Of a DNA stretch of 64,000 nucleotides, positions 16,964-31,461 are shown piece by piece. The notes beneath the pieces are model-generated. The model was not told the DNA's origin and ran no database searches. It was given only the letters and a program-made list of their open reading frames with translations. Each line of letters begins with the position of its first letter. Position 1 is the first letter of the stretch. This DNA comes from Candidatus Nomurabacteria bacterium. Lineage in GTDB: Bacteria; Patescibacteriota; Minisyncoccia; Phycocordibacterales; SBAW01. A program made the translations under genes and the position numbers. Location of the stretch: assembly GCA_943348815.1 (NCBI GenBank), contig CALQYT010000006.1, forward strand, positions 2,501 through 66,500, read 5' to 3'.

Positions 16964-18379
16964 TTATTCTAGAACGCGACCCAGGGTAAAGAGCGCGGCT
17001 TCATCCCCGTGTGCCGCGGTGAGTTGTATGCCGACCGGCAAGGTACTTCCCCCTTCTGACACTGTACCCATAGGTACCGAAATAGCCGGATTGCCGGTGA
17101 GGTTGGCCGAGACCGTAAATATGTCGGCAAGATAAGCCGAAAGAGGATCACTTTTTTCACCTATCTTCCATGCCGGAGTGGGCATCGTTGGTGTGGCAAT
17201 GGAGTCTACTTTTTGTAATGCCTCAACAAATTCCGCGCGCAAGCGTTTGCGCGCCTCGGTGGCTTTGCCGTAATACGCGTCGTAGTAACCGGCCGAGAGT
17301 ACATAGGTGCCCAGCATAATGCGGCGGCGAGTTTCGAGGCCAAAACCCTCGGCGCGGCTTTTGGCGTAATCTTCCCAGAGCGACTCGCCTTTGCGCGAGA
17401 GCCCATAGCGCACGCCGTCAAAGCGCGAGAGGTTCGTCGAGACTTCGGCAAAGTTGATGATGTAATAGGCTGCAAGCGCTGCCTTGGCGGAAGGAAATTC
17501 GATACTGCGGTCAATTACATATCCCTGGCTCTCTAGTTTTTTGAGCGACGCTTCAAACTGCGCTAGCACTTCTGGTTGTACTCCCTCAAGCAAACTCTGC
17601 GGCACCCCTATTTTGCGTTTCGGATTTCGGATTTCGGATTTCGTGCTTTCGATAGAAGTACTATCAAGCACATCTTTCCCTTTAATTGCATTAAATAAAA
17701 GCTCCGCATCAGCAACCGTTTTAGTAAGGGGGCCGATTTGGTCAAACGACGAAACCGCCGCAATAAGCCCCGAACGCGAGACCGCGCCATAGGTTGGTTT
17801 GAGCCCCACGACACCGCAAAAGCTTGCCGGGTTGCGCACCGAGCCGCCCGTATCGCTTCCGAGCGCGCCGAGTGCCAGGTTGGCCGCGACTGCTGCGGCC
17901 GAGCCACCCGAGGTGCCGCCCGCTACGCGCGACTCGTCGTGCGGATTTTTAGTAACCCCAAACGCTGAGTTTTCGGTCGAGCCACCAAGCGCAAACTCAT
18001 CCATGTTGGTGCGCCCCACAAACACTGCACCCGCCGTTTTAAGTTTAGTAATCGCGGTGGCGTCATAGGTCGCAACATAGTGCTCGAGCATTTTTGATGC
18101 CGCACTCACTTTTTTACCCGCAATTAAAATATTATCTTTTATCGCAAGCGGGATGCCGAGCAACGGGTGCACCTCGGCTGCCTCGGCACCTGCGCGGCGA
18201 AGATCCGCCGCTTCGGCTTGAGCGCGCACATCATCAAACACTTCTAAATACGCATTAAGCGTCGGATTCTTTTTTTGTGATTCAGCAACACAAGCTTCTG
18301 CAAGTTCTACCGCAGAAATTTCTTTAGCCGCAAGTTTTTTAGACGCTTCGGTTATCGAGAGCGTAGGGAGATCACTCAT
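16964..18379 (-). CDS. gatA: Glutamyl-tRNA(Gln)/Asp-tRNA(Asn) amidotransferase subunit A
   Basis: Amidase signature (GGSSGGSAAAVAA), 471 aa. Confidence 0.9.
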   Translation of the reverse strand: MSDLPTLSITEASKKLAAKEISAVELAEACVAESQKKNPTLNAYLEVFDDVRAQAEAADLRRAGAEAAEVHPLLGIPLAIKDNILIAGKKVSAASKMLEHYVATYDATAITKLKTAGAVFVGRTNMDEFALGGSTENSAFGVTKNPHDESRVAGGTSGGSAAAVAANLALGALGSDTGGSVRNPASFCGVVGLKPTYGAVSRSGLIAAVSSFDQIGPLTKTVADAELLFNAIKGKDVLDSTSIESTKSEIRNPKRKIGVPQSLLEGVQPEVLAQFEASLKKLESQGYVIDRSIEFPSAKAALAAYYIINFAEVSTNLSRFDGVRYGLSRKGESLWEDYAKSRAEGFGLETRRRIMLGTYVLSAGYYDAYYGKATEARKRLRAEFVEALQKVDSIATPTMPTPAWKIGEKSDPLSAYLADIFTVSANLTGNPAISVPMGTVSEGGSTLPVGIQLTAAHGDEAALFTLGRVLE

Positions 18380-18674
18380 CTTTTTGGATTATTTTGCGCA
18401 CCACGTTGTAATCGCCCTCGCGTTTAGGAAATGCGGCGAGCAGCTCGTCGCGTTTGCCGAGCGGCGTGTTTGGTACATCCTCCCGCATCACATTGTGCAA
18501 GGGTTTAAGGTCCGACCTTGAAGAGTCCTGAGTTGAGGTCGGACCTTGGGTCGAAACTTGCCCCACATAGTCAAGAATAGTAGAGATGTCTTTTTGAAAG
18601 CTCTCAACCTCTCCCTCTTGCAGTTGCAGCCGGGCAAGCTCTGCGAGCGCTCGAACCTCTTCCTTAGAAATCAT
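18372..18674 (-). CDS. gatC: Amidotransferase subunit C
   Basis: 100 aa. Overlaps the gatA start by 8 nt. GatC-like N-terminal helix (VRALAELARLQL). Confidence 0.75.
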   Translation of the reverse strand: MISKEEVRALAELARLQLQEGEVESFQKDISTILDYVGQVSTQGPTSTQDSSRSDLKPLHNVMREDVPNTPLGKRDELLAAFPKREGDYNVVRKIIQKDE

Positions 18675-18688
18675 GTAGCAATAGTACC

Positions 18689-21280
<2,592 letters not shown>

Positions 21281-21290
<10 letters not shown>

Positions 21291-21880
21291 CTAAATATAT
21301 TTTCGAGCACCGTAATAGAGTGTGTAACGGTTGGATTGTCACTCCACGATACCGTGACCGTCACCACCGCTTCGTCTGGCGAAGGGCCGCTTGGGTTTGG
21401 GTCGTTAACTACTTTCACCGTGCGGATAAACTGCTGCGGCGTGTCGATAAGGTTGAGGTTGTTCACGTCCGCATTGTAATTAAAATAGCCGTTGGCGGTG
21501 TCATATCTCATCACCGGGCAGGTGCCACCACAAGATTGCGGACTGGTGGGGTTGCTCGCGAGCGAATCGAGATAACAGGTAGCACTTCCATCGGTGCTCA
21601 CACAGTTGGGCAGACCTGAAAGCCAAGTACCGGATGGACACTCGCTCCCACCGGCCGCTAAACAGGCGCTGTCACGCAAGAAGCGCACCTGCTCCATGGC
21701 ATCTTGTGCGAGATAAAATGCGGTAAATTGGTTTTTAGCTATCAAGGTTGAGGTGAGTCCTTTAGAGGCAATCGTGAGCGGTCCCGCAATAGCGGTCGCG
21801 AGCAGCAACACCGCGAGCAGGGTCTCTATCAAAGTAAACCCGCGAGATGTTTGGATTTTTTTAATTATTTTATTGATCAT
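21281..21880 (-). CDS. Type IV (pseudo)pilin
   Basis: Start MINK..SRGFTLIETLLAVLLL prepilin leader plus E5. Confidence 0.7.
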
Positions 21881-22463
21881 ACAGTCGTTGGGTAACCGAG
21901 GTTTGCAAGTTAAAGGTCGAGGTTTGGGTGGCACTGACCGTAACGGTCCCCGAGATGAGGATAGTTACTTTGGGTTGGATGCTGGTCACCTCCGCACCGG
22001 TGACATAAAATTGCAACGACTGGATAGTAACCTCCTTCGCCGTTATTTCCGAGAAGCTTGCGCCCGCACAGCTGGTGGGGAGCGACGCGGGAGCAGTAAT
22101 AGCGCGCATGATCTGTCCACCGGCAAGGCAATATTCGACTCCCGTGACGCCGTCCGCAGAAAGAAAGGCAAACGAAGAAGCGGGGGGTGGGGATGGAGAA
22201 ATACCCGTGCAGTCACGCGAAGCGCTTGGTGCACTACCGAGCGTAATATCACAGTGATAGTTTTGTCCGGTGCGCATCGAACGCGACATCGCATCGAGAG
22301 AGAAGTTGAGGTTATTGATGACTGACTTAAGCGTTTGCGCGCGCCGGTCGCTCTCCGACATCGACAACAAAGAACCGAGCGCTATGGTCATCACCACCGC
22401 AAAAATCGCGACCGAGACCAGCATTTCGATAAGGGTAAATCCGCGTGGTTTCATAGTTAGCAA
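21870..22463 (-). CDS. Type IV (pseudo)pilin
   Basis: MKPRGFTLIEMLVSVAIFAVV. Confidence 0.75.
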   Translation of the reverse strand: MLTMKPRGFTLIEMLVSVAIFAVVMTIALGSLLSMSESDRRAQTLKSVINNLNFSLDAMSRSMRTGQNYHCDITLGSAPSASRDCTGISPSPPPASSFAFLSADGVTGVEYCLAGGQIMRAITAPASLPTSCAGASFSEITAKEVTIQSLQFYVTGAEVTSIQPKVTILISGTVTVSATQTSTFNLQTSVTQRLYDQ

Positions 22464-23143
22464 CTAACTGGCAGCGTGACGATGTCGGTGCCGGGCGCAC
22501 ATACCGCAATTTGTCCGGTTGAAGATATCTTGATACTGCGGGTGTCCTGATTGCCGTTTGATTTTAGTTGAATGTACGCAGCCGAGTACGCCGCCGTTGT
22601 GCCCGAGGCACAGGCACCCGAGGCTTGATTGGTGGCAAAGCACGCATCGGGGTTAGGTCGGCGGAAGTAGATGGTAAGGGTGTCGATGAGGGTCGCAGTG
22701 CCCGCGGTACACTCTTGTGAAGCTCCGCCGACGCGCGTCGCACAGAACTTTGAGAGCACGTAGCCGTTGCCAAGGGTAAAGACCGTCGGAATAGGCGGGC
22801 CTTCGCTAGCGCTGTCGTACGCGCCATTGCCGTTGAGGTCAGGAAATAAATAATACTGGGTAATAGTCCCCGACGGCAGGTAGATGCCGTAGCCGGAAGA
22901 AAACACGCCGCTCCCCGGCGTACTCTCGCGCACCGAGACGCCAAACACTTGTGCTTGACGCACCGAGAGCGCCAGGCTGTAGGTTAGCGAGCGCAGCAGC
23001 GTTGAACTATTAAATTTTGCTTGTTGAAAAAGAATAAATAGCGAAACGATAAGAACGATGGCGGAGACCACGACGAGCTCGATCAGCGTAAAGGCCTTGG
23101 GGTTAGAGAAAGAGTGACGCCACCGTTTGGAAGAAATCAACAT
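22457..23143 (-). CDS. Type IV pilin-like protein
   Basis: NPKAFTLIELVVVSAIVLIV, with Ala at -1. Confidence 0.6.
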   Translation of the reverse strand: MLISSKRWRHSFSNPKAFTLIELVVVSAIVLIVSLFILFQQAKFNSSTLLRSLTYSLALSVRQAQVFGVSVRESTPGSGVFSSGYGIYLPSGTITQYYLFPDLNGNGAYDSASEGPPIPTVFTLGNGYVLSKFCATRVGGASQECTAGTATLIDTLTIYFRRPNPDACFATNQASGACASGTTAAYSAAYIQLKSNGNQDTRSIKISSTGQIAVCAPGTDIVTLPVSC

Positions 23144-23864
23144 GGAGAAAATAAGCGCACCCGGCGCCCAGGATAAGAAAGGGCGCAAAGGGAACTTCGC
23201 TATTCATTGTATATCGTTTAGAGAGCAGTATCGCACCAATGCCCACAAGCGCACCCGCCCAAAACGCAAGGACAAACGCCGTACCTCCTGCGGAGAGTCC
23301 GAGTAACCATCCAAGCGATATCTCTAACAACCCGTCTCCCCATCCCATCCAACGACCTTTCGAGATAAGCGAGATAAGCAGTAGCGGCGCCGCAAGGAAC
23401 AGACCAGCAGCAAGGTTCCACCCTCCCCACCCGGCCAAGTACCAATGCGCGAGTGAAAGTACGGCAACAAGCGCGAGAGCACTCCAAGGGATGATGAAGT
23501 GCCTAAAGTCGTACACGACAATAAACAATAGGGTGAGCCACAAACAAAAATCTATACCAAAGAAAATCCACGACGGCGTTTGCAGGTACACGCCGAGCCC
23601 TAAAAGCGCCGCAGCGGCCTCAACCAGTGGGTACTGCCAAGAAACTTTCGAAAAGCAGTACCGGCAGCGGCCCTTCAGCCATGCGTACGAAAAGAGCGGC
23701 ACCAGGTCGAGCACACCGAGCCTATGCCCGCAGTGCATACAGCACGAGCGCCCGGAGAGTGCCGAGCGCCCGGTATTATAGCGGTACAAAATAGCGTTAA
23801 GAAAGCTCCCCAGAATCAGACTAAACAGAGTGACCGCAACTCCCGTCACAAACCCCACCTCCAT
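23103..23864 (-). CDS. pilD: Prepilin peptidase (A24)
   Basis: N-terminal CxxC..CxxC pair and polytopic TM segments. The start overlaps the upstream pilin stop (TAATG). Confidence 0.8.
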   Translation of the reverse strand: MEVGFVTGVAVTLFSLILGSFLNAILYRYNTGRSALSGRSCCMHCGHRLGVLDLVPLFSYAWLKGRCRYCFSKVSWQYPLVEAAAALLGLGVYLQTPSWIFFGIDFCLWLTLLFIVVYDFRHFIIPWSALALVAVLSLAHWYLAGWGGWNLAAGLFLAAPLLLISLISKGRWMGWGDGLLEISLGWLLGLSAGGTAFVLAFWAGALVGIGAILLSKRYTMNSEVPFAPFLILGAGCAYFLHVDFFQTVASLFL

Positions 23865-24472
23865 TAGGGCGTCAGATCGTAACAACCGTCGGGAGTTGCG
23901 GCGGAAGTGCCGGTGCAACCACCGGCATTGCCGTCGAACGACGCGGGGCTCGGGCTCGTGGTACAACGATAGAAAGTGATTGAGGTGTAGACGTTAGAGA
24001 GCGAGGAATTGCCGTCGATGTCTTGGCTAAGTGCGGAGCTAGAAGTGTCTTCAAATCCTGCACCAATGTGGTAGATGATCGGGAGATTGCTAGAAGAGTT
24101 GCTGCAAATACCCGAAGAGGAAGTGGTATAGGGTGTATAGCGGTAACAACCGGTACCAGAACTGTTGGCGGTTGCGGCTGAACAGCTACCCGTGCCGCCT
24201 TGCGGGTCGATGGGTACGACGGGCAAATAGGTGGGGGCGAGACCACCACCGGGCGCTGCGCCGGACGCAGCGTAGATGTTAAGCGGATACATGCCGTTGT
24301 CGTTGTAGTATTGCGAGAGTGCAAGCTGGATGAGCTTAACATCCGCAACGCGCTTAGAGTCGCGCGACTTTTGTTTAGAACTTGCAATCGAAACGCTAAT
24401 AATGCTGGTGAGGACCGCAATGATAGCGATGACTACCATCAGTTCAATAAGGGTAAACCCGCGGGTACGCAT
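23864..24472 (-). CDS. Type IV pilin
   Basis: MRTRGFTLIELMVVIAIIAVL. Ser/Thr/Gly-rich C-terminus. Confidence 0.8.
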   Translation of the reverse strand: MRTRGFTLIELMVVIAIIAVLTSIISVSIASSKQKSRDSKRVADVKLIQLALSQYYNDNGMYPLNIYAASGAAPGGGLAPTYLPVVPIDPQGGTGSCSAATANSSGTGCYRYTPYTTSSSGICSNSSSNLPIIYHIGAGFEDTSSSALSQDIDGNSSLSNVYTSITFYRCTTSPSPASFDGNAGGCTGTSAATPDGCYDLTP

Positions 24473-24492
24473 AGGTTTATAATACTACAGAG

Positions 24493-25059
24493 TTAGGGGC
24501 ACTTTGTTTTGCCCGCCGAATTGTTAAGGGTGTTGAAATAGAAACTGAAGCTCGCGGACTCGGAGTTACCACTATTGTCGACACACCATACTTTGGTCGG
24601 ATCGCTTTTGAGCGGTACGGCGACTAGCCAATACACGGCCGTGTTCGCGCCCGCCGGCGACCAAACACACAATATCGCGTTGGTGGTTGCTCCCACAAAG
24701 TTACTCGCAGGCGTACCTGCGTTTTTGGAGGCGCCGATAAGTGCTTGTTGGATGATCGGATCACCCCACATCCCCTGGTCGGCGGTGATACCGCCACCGC
24801 AGGCTGAACCCGCTGCGGCAACGGTTGCATTATCCGGACTGTTGGGCACACTCATACCAGGGTTATAAGAGTCCCCGTGGGTGCTTGCGTACACTTCTGC
24901 CTGAGCGCGGATGGTGTCGAGGTTACCCTGGACACTCGCGCCGGAACCCTGTTTGCGGGCATTCCCGAGTGATATCAATACCACCGCCGCCAAAATACCA
25001 ATGACCGCAATCACGACGAGGATCTCGATGAGGGAAAACCCTCGCGGTTGTGAACTCAT
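24493..25059 (-). CDS. Type IV pilin (PilA-like)
   Basis: QPRGFSLIEILVVIAVIGILAAVVLISL. Confidence 0.85.
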   Translation of the reverse strand: MSSQPRGFSLIEILVVIAVIGILAAVVLISLGNARKQGSGASVQGNLDTIRAQAEVYASTHGDSYNPGMSVPNSPDNATVAAAGSACGGGITADQGMWGDPIIQQALIGASKNAGTPASNFVGATTNAILCVWSPAGANTAVYWLVAVPLKSDPTKVWCVDNSGNSESASFSFYFNTLNNSAGKTKCP

Positions 25060-25134
25060 GACTCAAGTATAGCAACACAAAAACAAAATCCCCACCCAAT
25101 AAGGAGTGGGGACTTTGTATTTAACACAATGCTC

Positions 25135-25620
25135 CTATTGGCAAGCACTGATTGAGGTGACAGAAGAAGGAATGGCGCCGGTGCCAGTCTTGCTTCCACC
25201 TGATGAATCTACGCAGAAGTAACCACCACTCTTAAGAGGGGCGTAGACGGAATAGCCACTCGAGACGGTCGAAGAGGCAGCAGCTGCAGCAGATGAGAAG
25301 ATGCTCAGTGTGCCACCTGACTGACTATTGATATCGGCCGTGACTGCCTTGAAGTTCGCGCTGTCCGTGGTAAAGGTCGTTTGTGCGGCACTGGCTGACA
25401 CGATCGTGCCGGTATTCCCGAGCTCGGCATACGTGGTGGCGGAAGCCGACGTCTCGATGCCTGTACGGACTTGGTTTGCCTCCTCTTGTATACGCGCGTC
25501 AGAGCCCTTGCTGCGTGCATTGCCCAAGGAGACGAGCACAATGGCCGCCAAAATGCCGATGATGGCAATGACGACGAGGAGCTCGATAAGGGTGAAGCCC
25601 TTGTTAATAACTTTTCGCAT
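25135..25620 (-). CDS. Type IV major pilin (PilA-like)
   Basis: [28 protein letters not shown]-terminal Cys pair. Confidence 0.85.
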   Translation of the reverse strand: MRKVINKGFTLIELLVVIAIIGILAAIVLVSLGNARSKGSDARIQEEANQVRTGIETSASATTYAELGNTGTIVSASAAQTTFTTDSANFKAVTADINSQSGGTLSIFSSAAAAASSTVSSGYSVYAPLKSGGYFCVDSSGGSKTGTGAIPSSVTSISACQ

Positions 25621-25747
25621 AGATAATTCTAGAATCTTCTAATTAATAAATAACGCGTATAAATGGCCTGCAACGTAAAGTCGTTAGGCTCCCCTATTAT
25701 AGCGACTCTCCGGCATGCTACGAACTACCCTGTGGATAGTGGCGGTA

Positions 25748-26968
25748 TTACAACGACGAAGCCGAGTTGTAGATAGGCAGAAGTACCGCCGAGAGGAGAA
25801 AGCCAACTCCAAGGGCCAACGCCACAATAAGCACCGGCTCAATCAGGGAAACAAGAGTGTCGACAGCCGAGTTGACTTCGCGGCTATAAAACTTAGCCAA
25901 ACGATCGAGTATGTTGCCCATTTCGCCGGTTTCCTCGCCGATTTGGAGCATTTGGACAAAGATCCCCGGCATCTGCCCCGGGCTATAGCGCGCCAACACT
26001 TGGGAAAGGGGGGCGCCACCTTTGACTCCCTCTATGGCCTCTCGAAGTATTGCCTCATAAATGTCGTCCTCTACCACATTGGCCGTAATTTCGAGCGCAC
26101 GAACCGCGGAGATGCCAGAGGTGAGCATGACGTTCATGTTGTCGGCAATGCGTGAGAGATAGAGTTTTTGGTACAGTGATCCGACATAGGGTATCGAGAA
26201 TTTAAAATGCGACCAGGCAATACGTCCGGCAGGCGTTTGTATATAACGAAACATAAAGTACCCGCCAATAATGAGCGCAATGAGGAGAAAGATGCCGTAA
26301 TTCGTTAGGAAGCGGCTGAAACCGAGAATGACTTCGGTAAAGAATGGTAATTTTTGGCCGGAGTCGGTCAAGATAGCGCCGATTTTTGGGATAACAAGCG
26401 TGAGCATCAACGTCATCACCGCGATAAAGGTCACGACAATAAACGCCGGGTAGATGAGCGCGTTTTTAGCTTTGGCCCCTAGTTCGTAGCTGCGGTCAAT
26501 GTAATCGGCAAGAAAGAGAAAGGTTTGGTCGAGCTTGCCGGACTCCTCGCCTGCACGCACCATGTTGACGTAAAAGTCTGAAAATACTTTAGGGTGTTTC
26601 TCCAGCGACTTGCTGATCGAGTTGCCACCTTGGAGGTCGTCGCTGATAGTCGCGAGCACTTGGCGGATAAACGGTTTTTCGGCCTGCTCGGCCAACAGTC
26701 TAAAGACCCGCAGTGCCGAGACTTGCGCTTCAAACAGCGTGGCTATTTGGCGCGAGAGGATAACCAGGTCGCGGCTGGAGACTCCACCAAAAATGGTGAT
26801 CTCCTGCATCTGCTGCCACGTCGACTTGTTGCCGCCACCGGTAATCGAGGTGATCGTGAGCCCCTTGCGCTGCAGTATGCCAATAGCGGCATCTTGACCG
26901 CCGGCACTCAGCGTACCGCTCGTTGCTTTGCCGTTGCTATCGAGTGCTTCGTACTTAAAATCAGCCAT
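25748..26968 (-). CDS. pilC: Type IV pilus platform protein PilC (GspF family)
   Basis: 406 aa. Duplicated GspF domains and three TM segments. Confidence 0.9.
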   Translation of the reverse strand: MADFKYEALDSNGKATSGTLSAGGQDAAIGILQRKGLTITSITGGGNKSTWQQMQEITIFGGVSSRDLVILSRQIATLFEAQVSALRVFRLLAEQAEKPFIRQVLATISDDLQGGNSISKSLEKHPKVFSDFYVNMVRAGEESGKLDQTFLFLADYIDRSYELGAKAKNALIYPAFIVVTFIAVMTLMLTLVIPKIGAILTDSGQKLPFFTEVILGFSRFLTNYGIFLLIALIIGGYFMFRYIQTPAGRIAWSHFKFSIPYVGSLYQKLYLSRIADNMNVMLTSGISAVRALEITANVVEDDIYEAILREAIEGVKGGAPLSQVLARYSPGQMPGIFVQMLQIGEETGEMGNILDRLAKFYSREVNSAVDTLVSLIEPVLIVALALGVGFLLSAVLLPIYNSASSL

Positions 26969-26971
26969 ATA

Positions 26972-28033
26972 TTACAGGAGGCGTTCGAGTGTTTTGGGCG
27001 AAATAGAGCGCGAGTACGCAGACTCGACGGTGATTTGGCCAGAACGGACCAATTCCGCCAACGAGCGGTTCATGTCGATCATCCCCTCTTCGATACCCGT
27101 CTCAATTAAAGTTTGGATCTCGTGCGTGCGCTTTTCGCGGATCAAGTTTGCAACGGCGGTGTTGTTGATAAGCAATTCATAGGCTGGGATAAGACCGCCC
27201 GAGATGCGCGGCACCAACCGCTGGCTAAAAATACCCGCCATCGAGCTGGCCAACTGAATACGGATCTGATCTTGCTGCCCCGCGGGGAACACATCGATAA
27301 TGCGGTCGATGGTTTGCACCGCATTGTTGGTGTGCAAGGTCGAGAGCACCAAGTGGCCGGTCTCGGCGGCCGTAACGGCCGTTGCAATAGTATCCGGCGT
27401 GCGCATCTCGCCGATCATCACCACATCGACATCTTGCCGGAAGAGGCTGTCGAGCGCCGTTTGAAAGTCGTGTGTGTCGACGCGCACTTCGCGTTGATCA
27501 ATAAGTGAACGCTTATTTTCAAATAAATATTCAATAGGATCTTCGATCGTCACAATATGTTCGGTGCGCTCTTGGTTTATTTTTTCGATCAGAGCGGCAA
27601 GCGTGGTCGTTTTGCCCTGCCCTACCGGCCCCACCACCAAAAAGAATCCTTGTTCGCGCGTAGAAAACTGTTCTATCGACGGCGGCAGGTTAAGCTCGGC
27701 AAGCGTGCGGATCACGCGCGGGATAAGGCGCAGCGCAATGCCAATACGCCCGCGTTCAAAGTAACCATTACCCCTAAAGCGCGCTTTCTCGCCGTAGGCA
27801 TACGAAAAGTCGACTTCCTGCGTCTCCAAAAAACTTTTTTTGCGCTCGGGAGTCATAAGGGCATCTAAAAAGCCCAACAGGTCTTCTTTGGTGAGTATAG
27901 GTTGGGAGATGGGCGTCATCGCGCCCGAAACACGGATGATGGGTACAGAACCCTGCCCCAAGTGCAAGTCGGATGCTCCTTGGGCGATCGTACTATCGAT
28001 GAGCTCCTGTAATTTTGTGTTGTTCGTAGGCAT
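26972..28033 (-). CDS. pilT: Twitching motility ATPase PilT
   Basis: Walker A GPVGQGKTTT, 353 aa, retraction-ATPase size. Confidence 0.85.
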   Translation of the reverse strand: MPTNNTKLQELIDSTIAQGASDLHLGQGSVPIIRVSGAMTPISQPILTKEDLLGFLDALMTPERKKSFLETQEVDFSYAYGEKARFRGNGYFERGRIGIALRLIPRVIRTLAELNLPPSIEQFSTREQGFFLVVGPVGQGKTTTLAALIEKINQERTEHIVTIEDPIEYLFENKRSLIDQREVRVDTHDFQTALDSLFRQDVDVVMIGEMRTPDTIATAVTAAETGHLVLSTLHTNNAVQTIDRIIDVFPAGQQDQIRIQLASSMAGIFSQRLVPRISGGLIPAYELLINNTAVANLIREKRTHEIQTLIETGIEEGMIDMNRSLAELVRSGQITVESAYSRSISPKTLERLL

Positions 28034-28035
28034 AG

Positions 28036-29904
<1,869 letters not shown>

Positions 29905-29914
29905 GGTTCATAGT

Positions 29915-30208
29915 TTATTTCCCCACTGGCGCAAAAGGATTGCGGCGGCCCGCCTGTTGGGGCGGAATGCTCACCCCAAAGTCGGTAAGCGACATAAACA
30001 CCGGGTCCTTAAAGATTCCCGGGTCGAGCTTAATCGTGTGTAGTTGACCCAACGTGCTCAGAATTTGTTGCGACATGGGCGAAGTTGCCCCACTCGTTGA
30101 GATAGTAGCGGAGGAGCCCGCCGAACCCCACACCCACCACCCTAGCCCGGCAACTATTGCAGCCACGAGTGCACCCATAAGCAATTTATTTTGTAAGAGA
30201 CTTTGCAT
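29915..30208 (-). CDS. Hypothetical small exported protein (pilus-locus member)
   Basis: 97 aa with an N-terminal TM/signal. Confidence 0.4.
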   Translation of the reverse strand: MQSLLQNKLLMGALVAAIVAGLGWWVWGSAGSSATISTSGATSPMSQQILSTLGQLHTIKLDPGIFKDPVFMSLTDFGVSIPPQQAGRRNPFAPVGK

Positions 30209-30234
30209 ATTACGTGTAGTGAGTCATAGCGAAT

Positions 30235-30798
30235 CTAATGGAGCCAATACGTACGGATATTAAAGGAAACGTCATAGAGCGGAGACTTAGTATCAAGAGG
30301 CTTGAAGGTTATTTTTTGGACGTTAACCAACCGAAGACTGTGTTCGATATCTTGCAAAAAGGCTAGGAAATCATCATAACTTGCGGTCACTGAAAATGAG
30401 ATGTCTGCCGAGCCAACCGGGTCGCCGGAAGAGCCAACCGCAAGCGCGCCCCGGGCCCCTTTAGAGTCAGACACACTCCCGAGCGATACATTTTTAAGCG
30501 TGAGGTTGCGGCGCGCGGCAATATTTTGGATGTCGATGGTAAAGCGGATGTTGTCGATGTTGTCGGGGAGTATACGCTCAAGCTTCTGCAAGTCGTCAGG
30601 AGAAAAGGTGTTGCGTTTTGAAAGAAGTTGGTCGCGCGAACTTTTAAGCTGCGCCGCATTGTCGAGCGCACCATCAAACGATGCGATTTGCGCTTGCATG
30701 TCTTTAATGCCGCCCGGACCCTGGTAGGCGTTATTGGTGTAGAGCACAAAGAGCCCGATGGCGGCTGCAACAAGAATGATGGGTAGGAAGAGTCTCAT
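30235..30798 (-). CDS. pilO: PilO-like pilus assembly protein
   Basis: N-terminal TM, coiled coil and C-terminal domain. Positioned next to a pilN-like gene. Confidence 0.55.
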   Translation of the reverse strand: MRLFLPIILVAAAIGLFVLYTNNAYQGPGGIKDMQAQIASFDGALDNAAQLKSSRDQLLSKRNTFSPDDLQKLERILPDNIDNIRFTIDIQNIAARRNLTLKNVSLGSVSDSKGARGALAVGSSGDPVGSADISFSVTASYDDFLAFLQDIEHSLRLVNVQKITFKPLDTKSPLYDVSFNIRTYWLH

Positions 30799-30800
30799 GG

Positions 30801-31412
30801 TTAGGGGGTAGTCGAGCTGGCGCTTTGCGCGGCTTGTTGCGAGAGGTTGCGGCTATACAAGAGGAGCGATGGGTCGACCGTTGCTCCGACGTTGAAGGTT
30901 ATCTTGCCCAGATCGCCCACCGAAATGCCCGAGAATATTACGTCTTTAAGGACCTTGCTCCCGCCAAACTGGTCGGACTGCAGGGCGACGGACGAAAAAC
31001 TGTCGGCGCTGCCCAACAGCGAGATACTTGCCGAACCGTCTTGCGTAAGCGAATATTCAAAACTCGAAAACTGCACACTCTGGAGAGTGATAGTAGAGAG
31101 GAAGTAAAAGATAGCCGAGGGACTGATGTGTTTTTGCAAAAGCGAACGCGCTTGAGTAATGCGGCTGTCGGTGCGCACCAGGTCCTGGATCGCGCTGGCG
31201 TCAAAGGCTCCCTCAGCGCGGCGCAGCGAGGTATCTTTGTCGTTAATTTGTTTGGAGAGTAATTGTTGATATCCGAACGCCGCCCCTGCGGCCGCAAGAG
31301 AAATAACAAAAATAACTAGTGCCAAAAGCAGGATAAGACTCATGCCTCCCCCGCGCGCTTGTGCGGCAAGCGCTTGTTTGGGAATAAAAGAGCCTTGGAC
31401 GTTGGGATCCAT
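30801..31412 (-). CDS. pilN: PilN-like pilus assembly protein
   Basis: Single TM followed by a periplasmic domain. The order is pilM...pilN-pilO. Confidence 0.5.
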   Translation of the reverse strand: MDPNVQGSFIPKQALAAQARGGGMSLILLLALVIFVISLAAAGAAFGYQQLLSKQINDKDTSLRRAEGAFDASAIQDLVRTDSRITQARSLLQKHISPSAIFYFLSTITLQSVQFSSFEYSLTQDGSASISLLGSADSFSSVALQSDQFGGSKVLKDVIFSGISVGDLGKITFNVGATVDPSLLLYSRNLSQQAAQSASSTTP

Positions 31413-31461
31413 TCTCCTCTAGTATAAGTGCAAATTTAACGCAAGCGTCGTTATATCAACA

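Noticed and set aside
17611-17644. tttcgga x3.5 tandem repeat
   Set aside because: A short microsatellite inside gatA coding sequence. It keeps the frame and has no obvious regulatory context.
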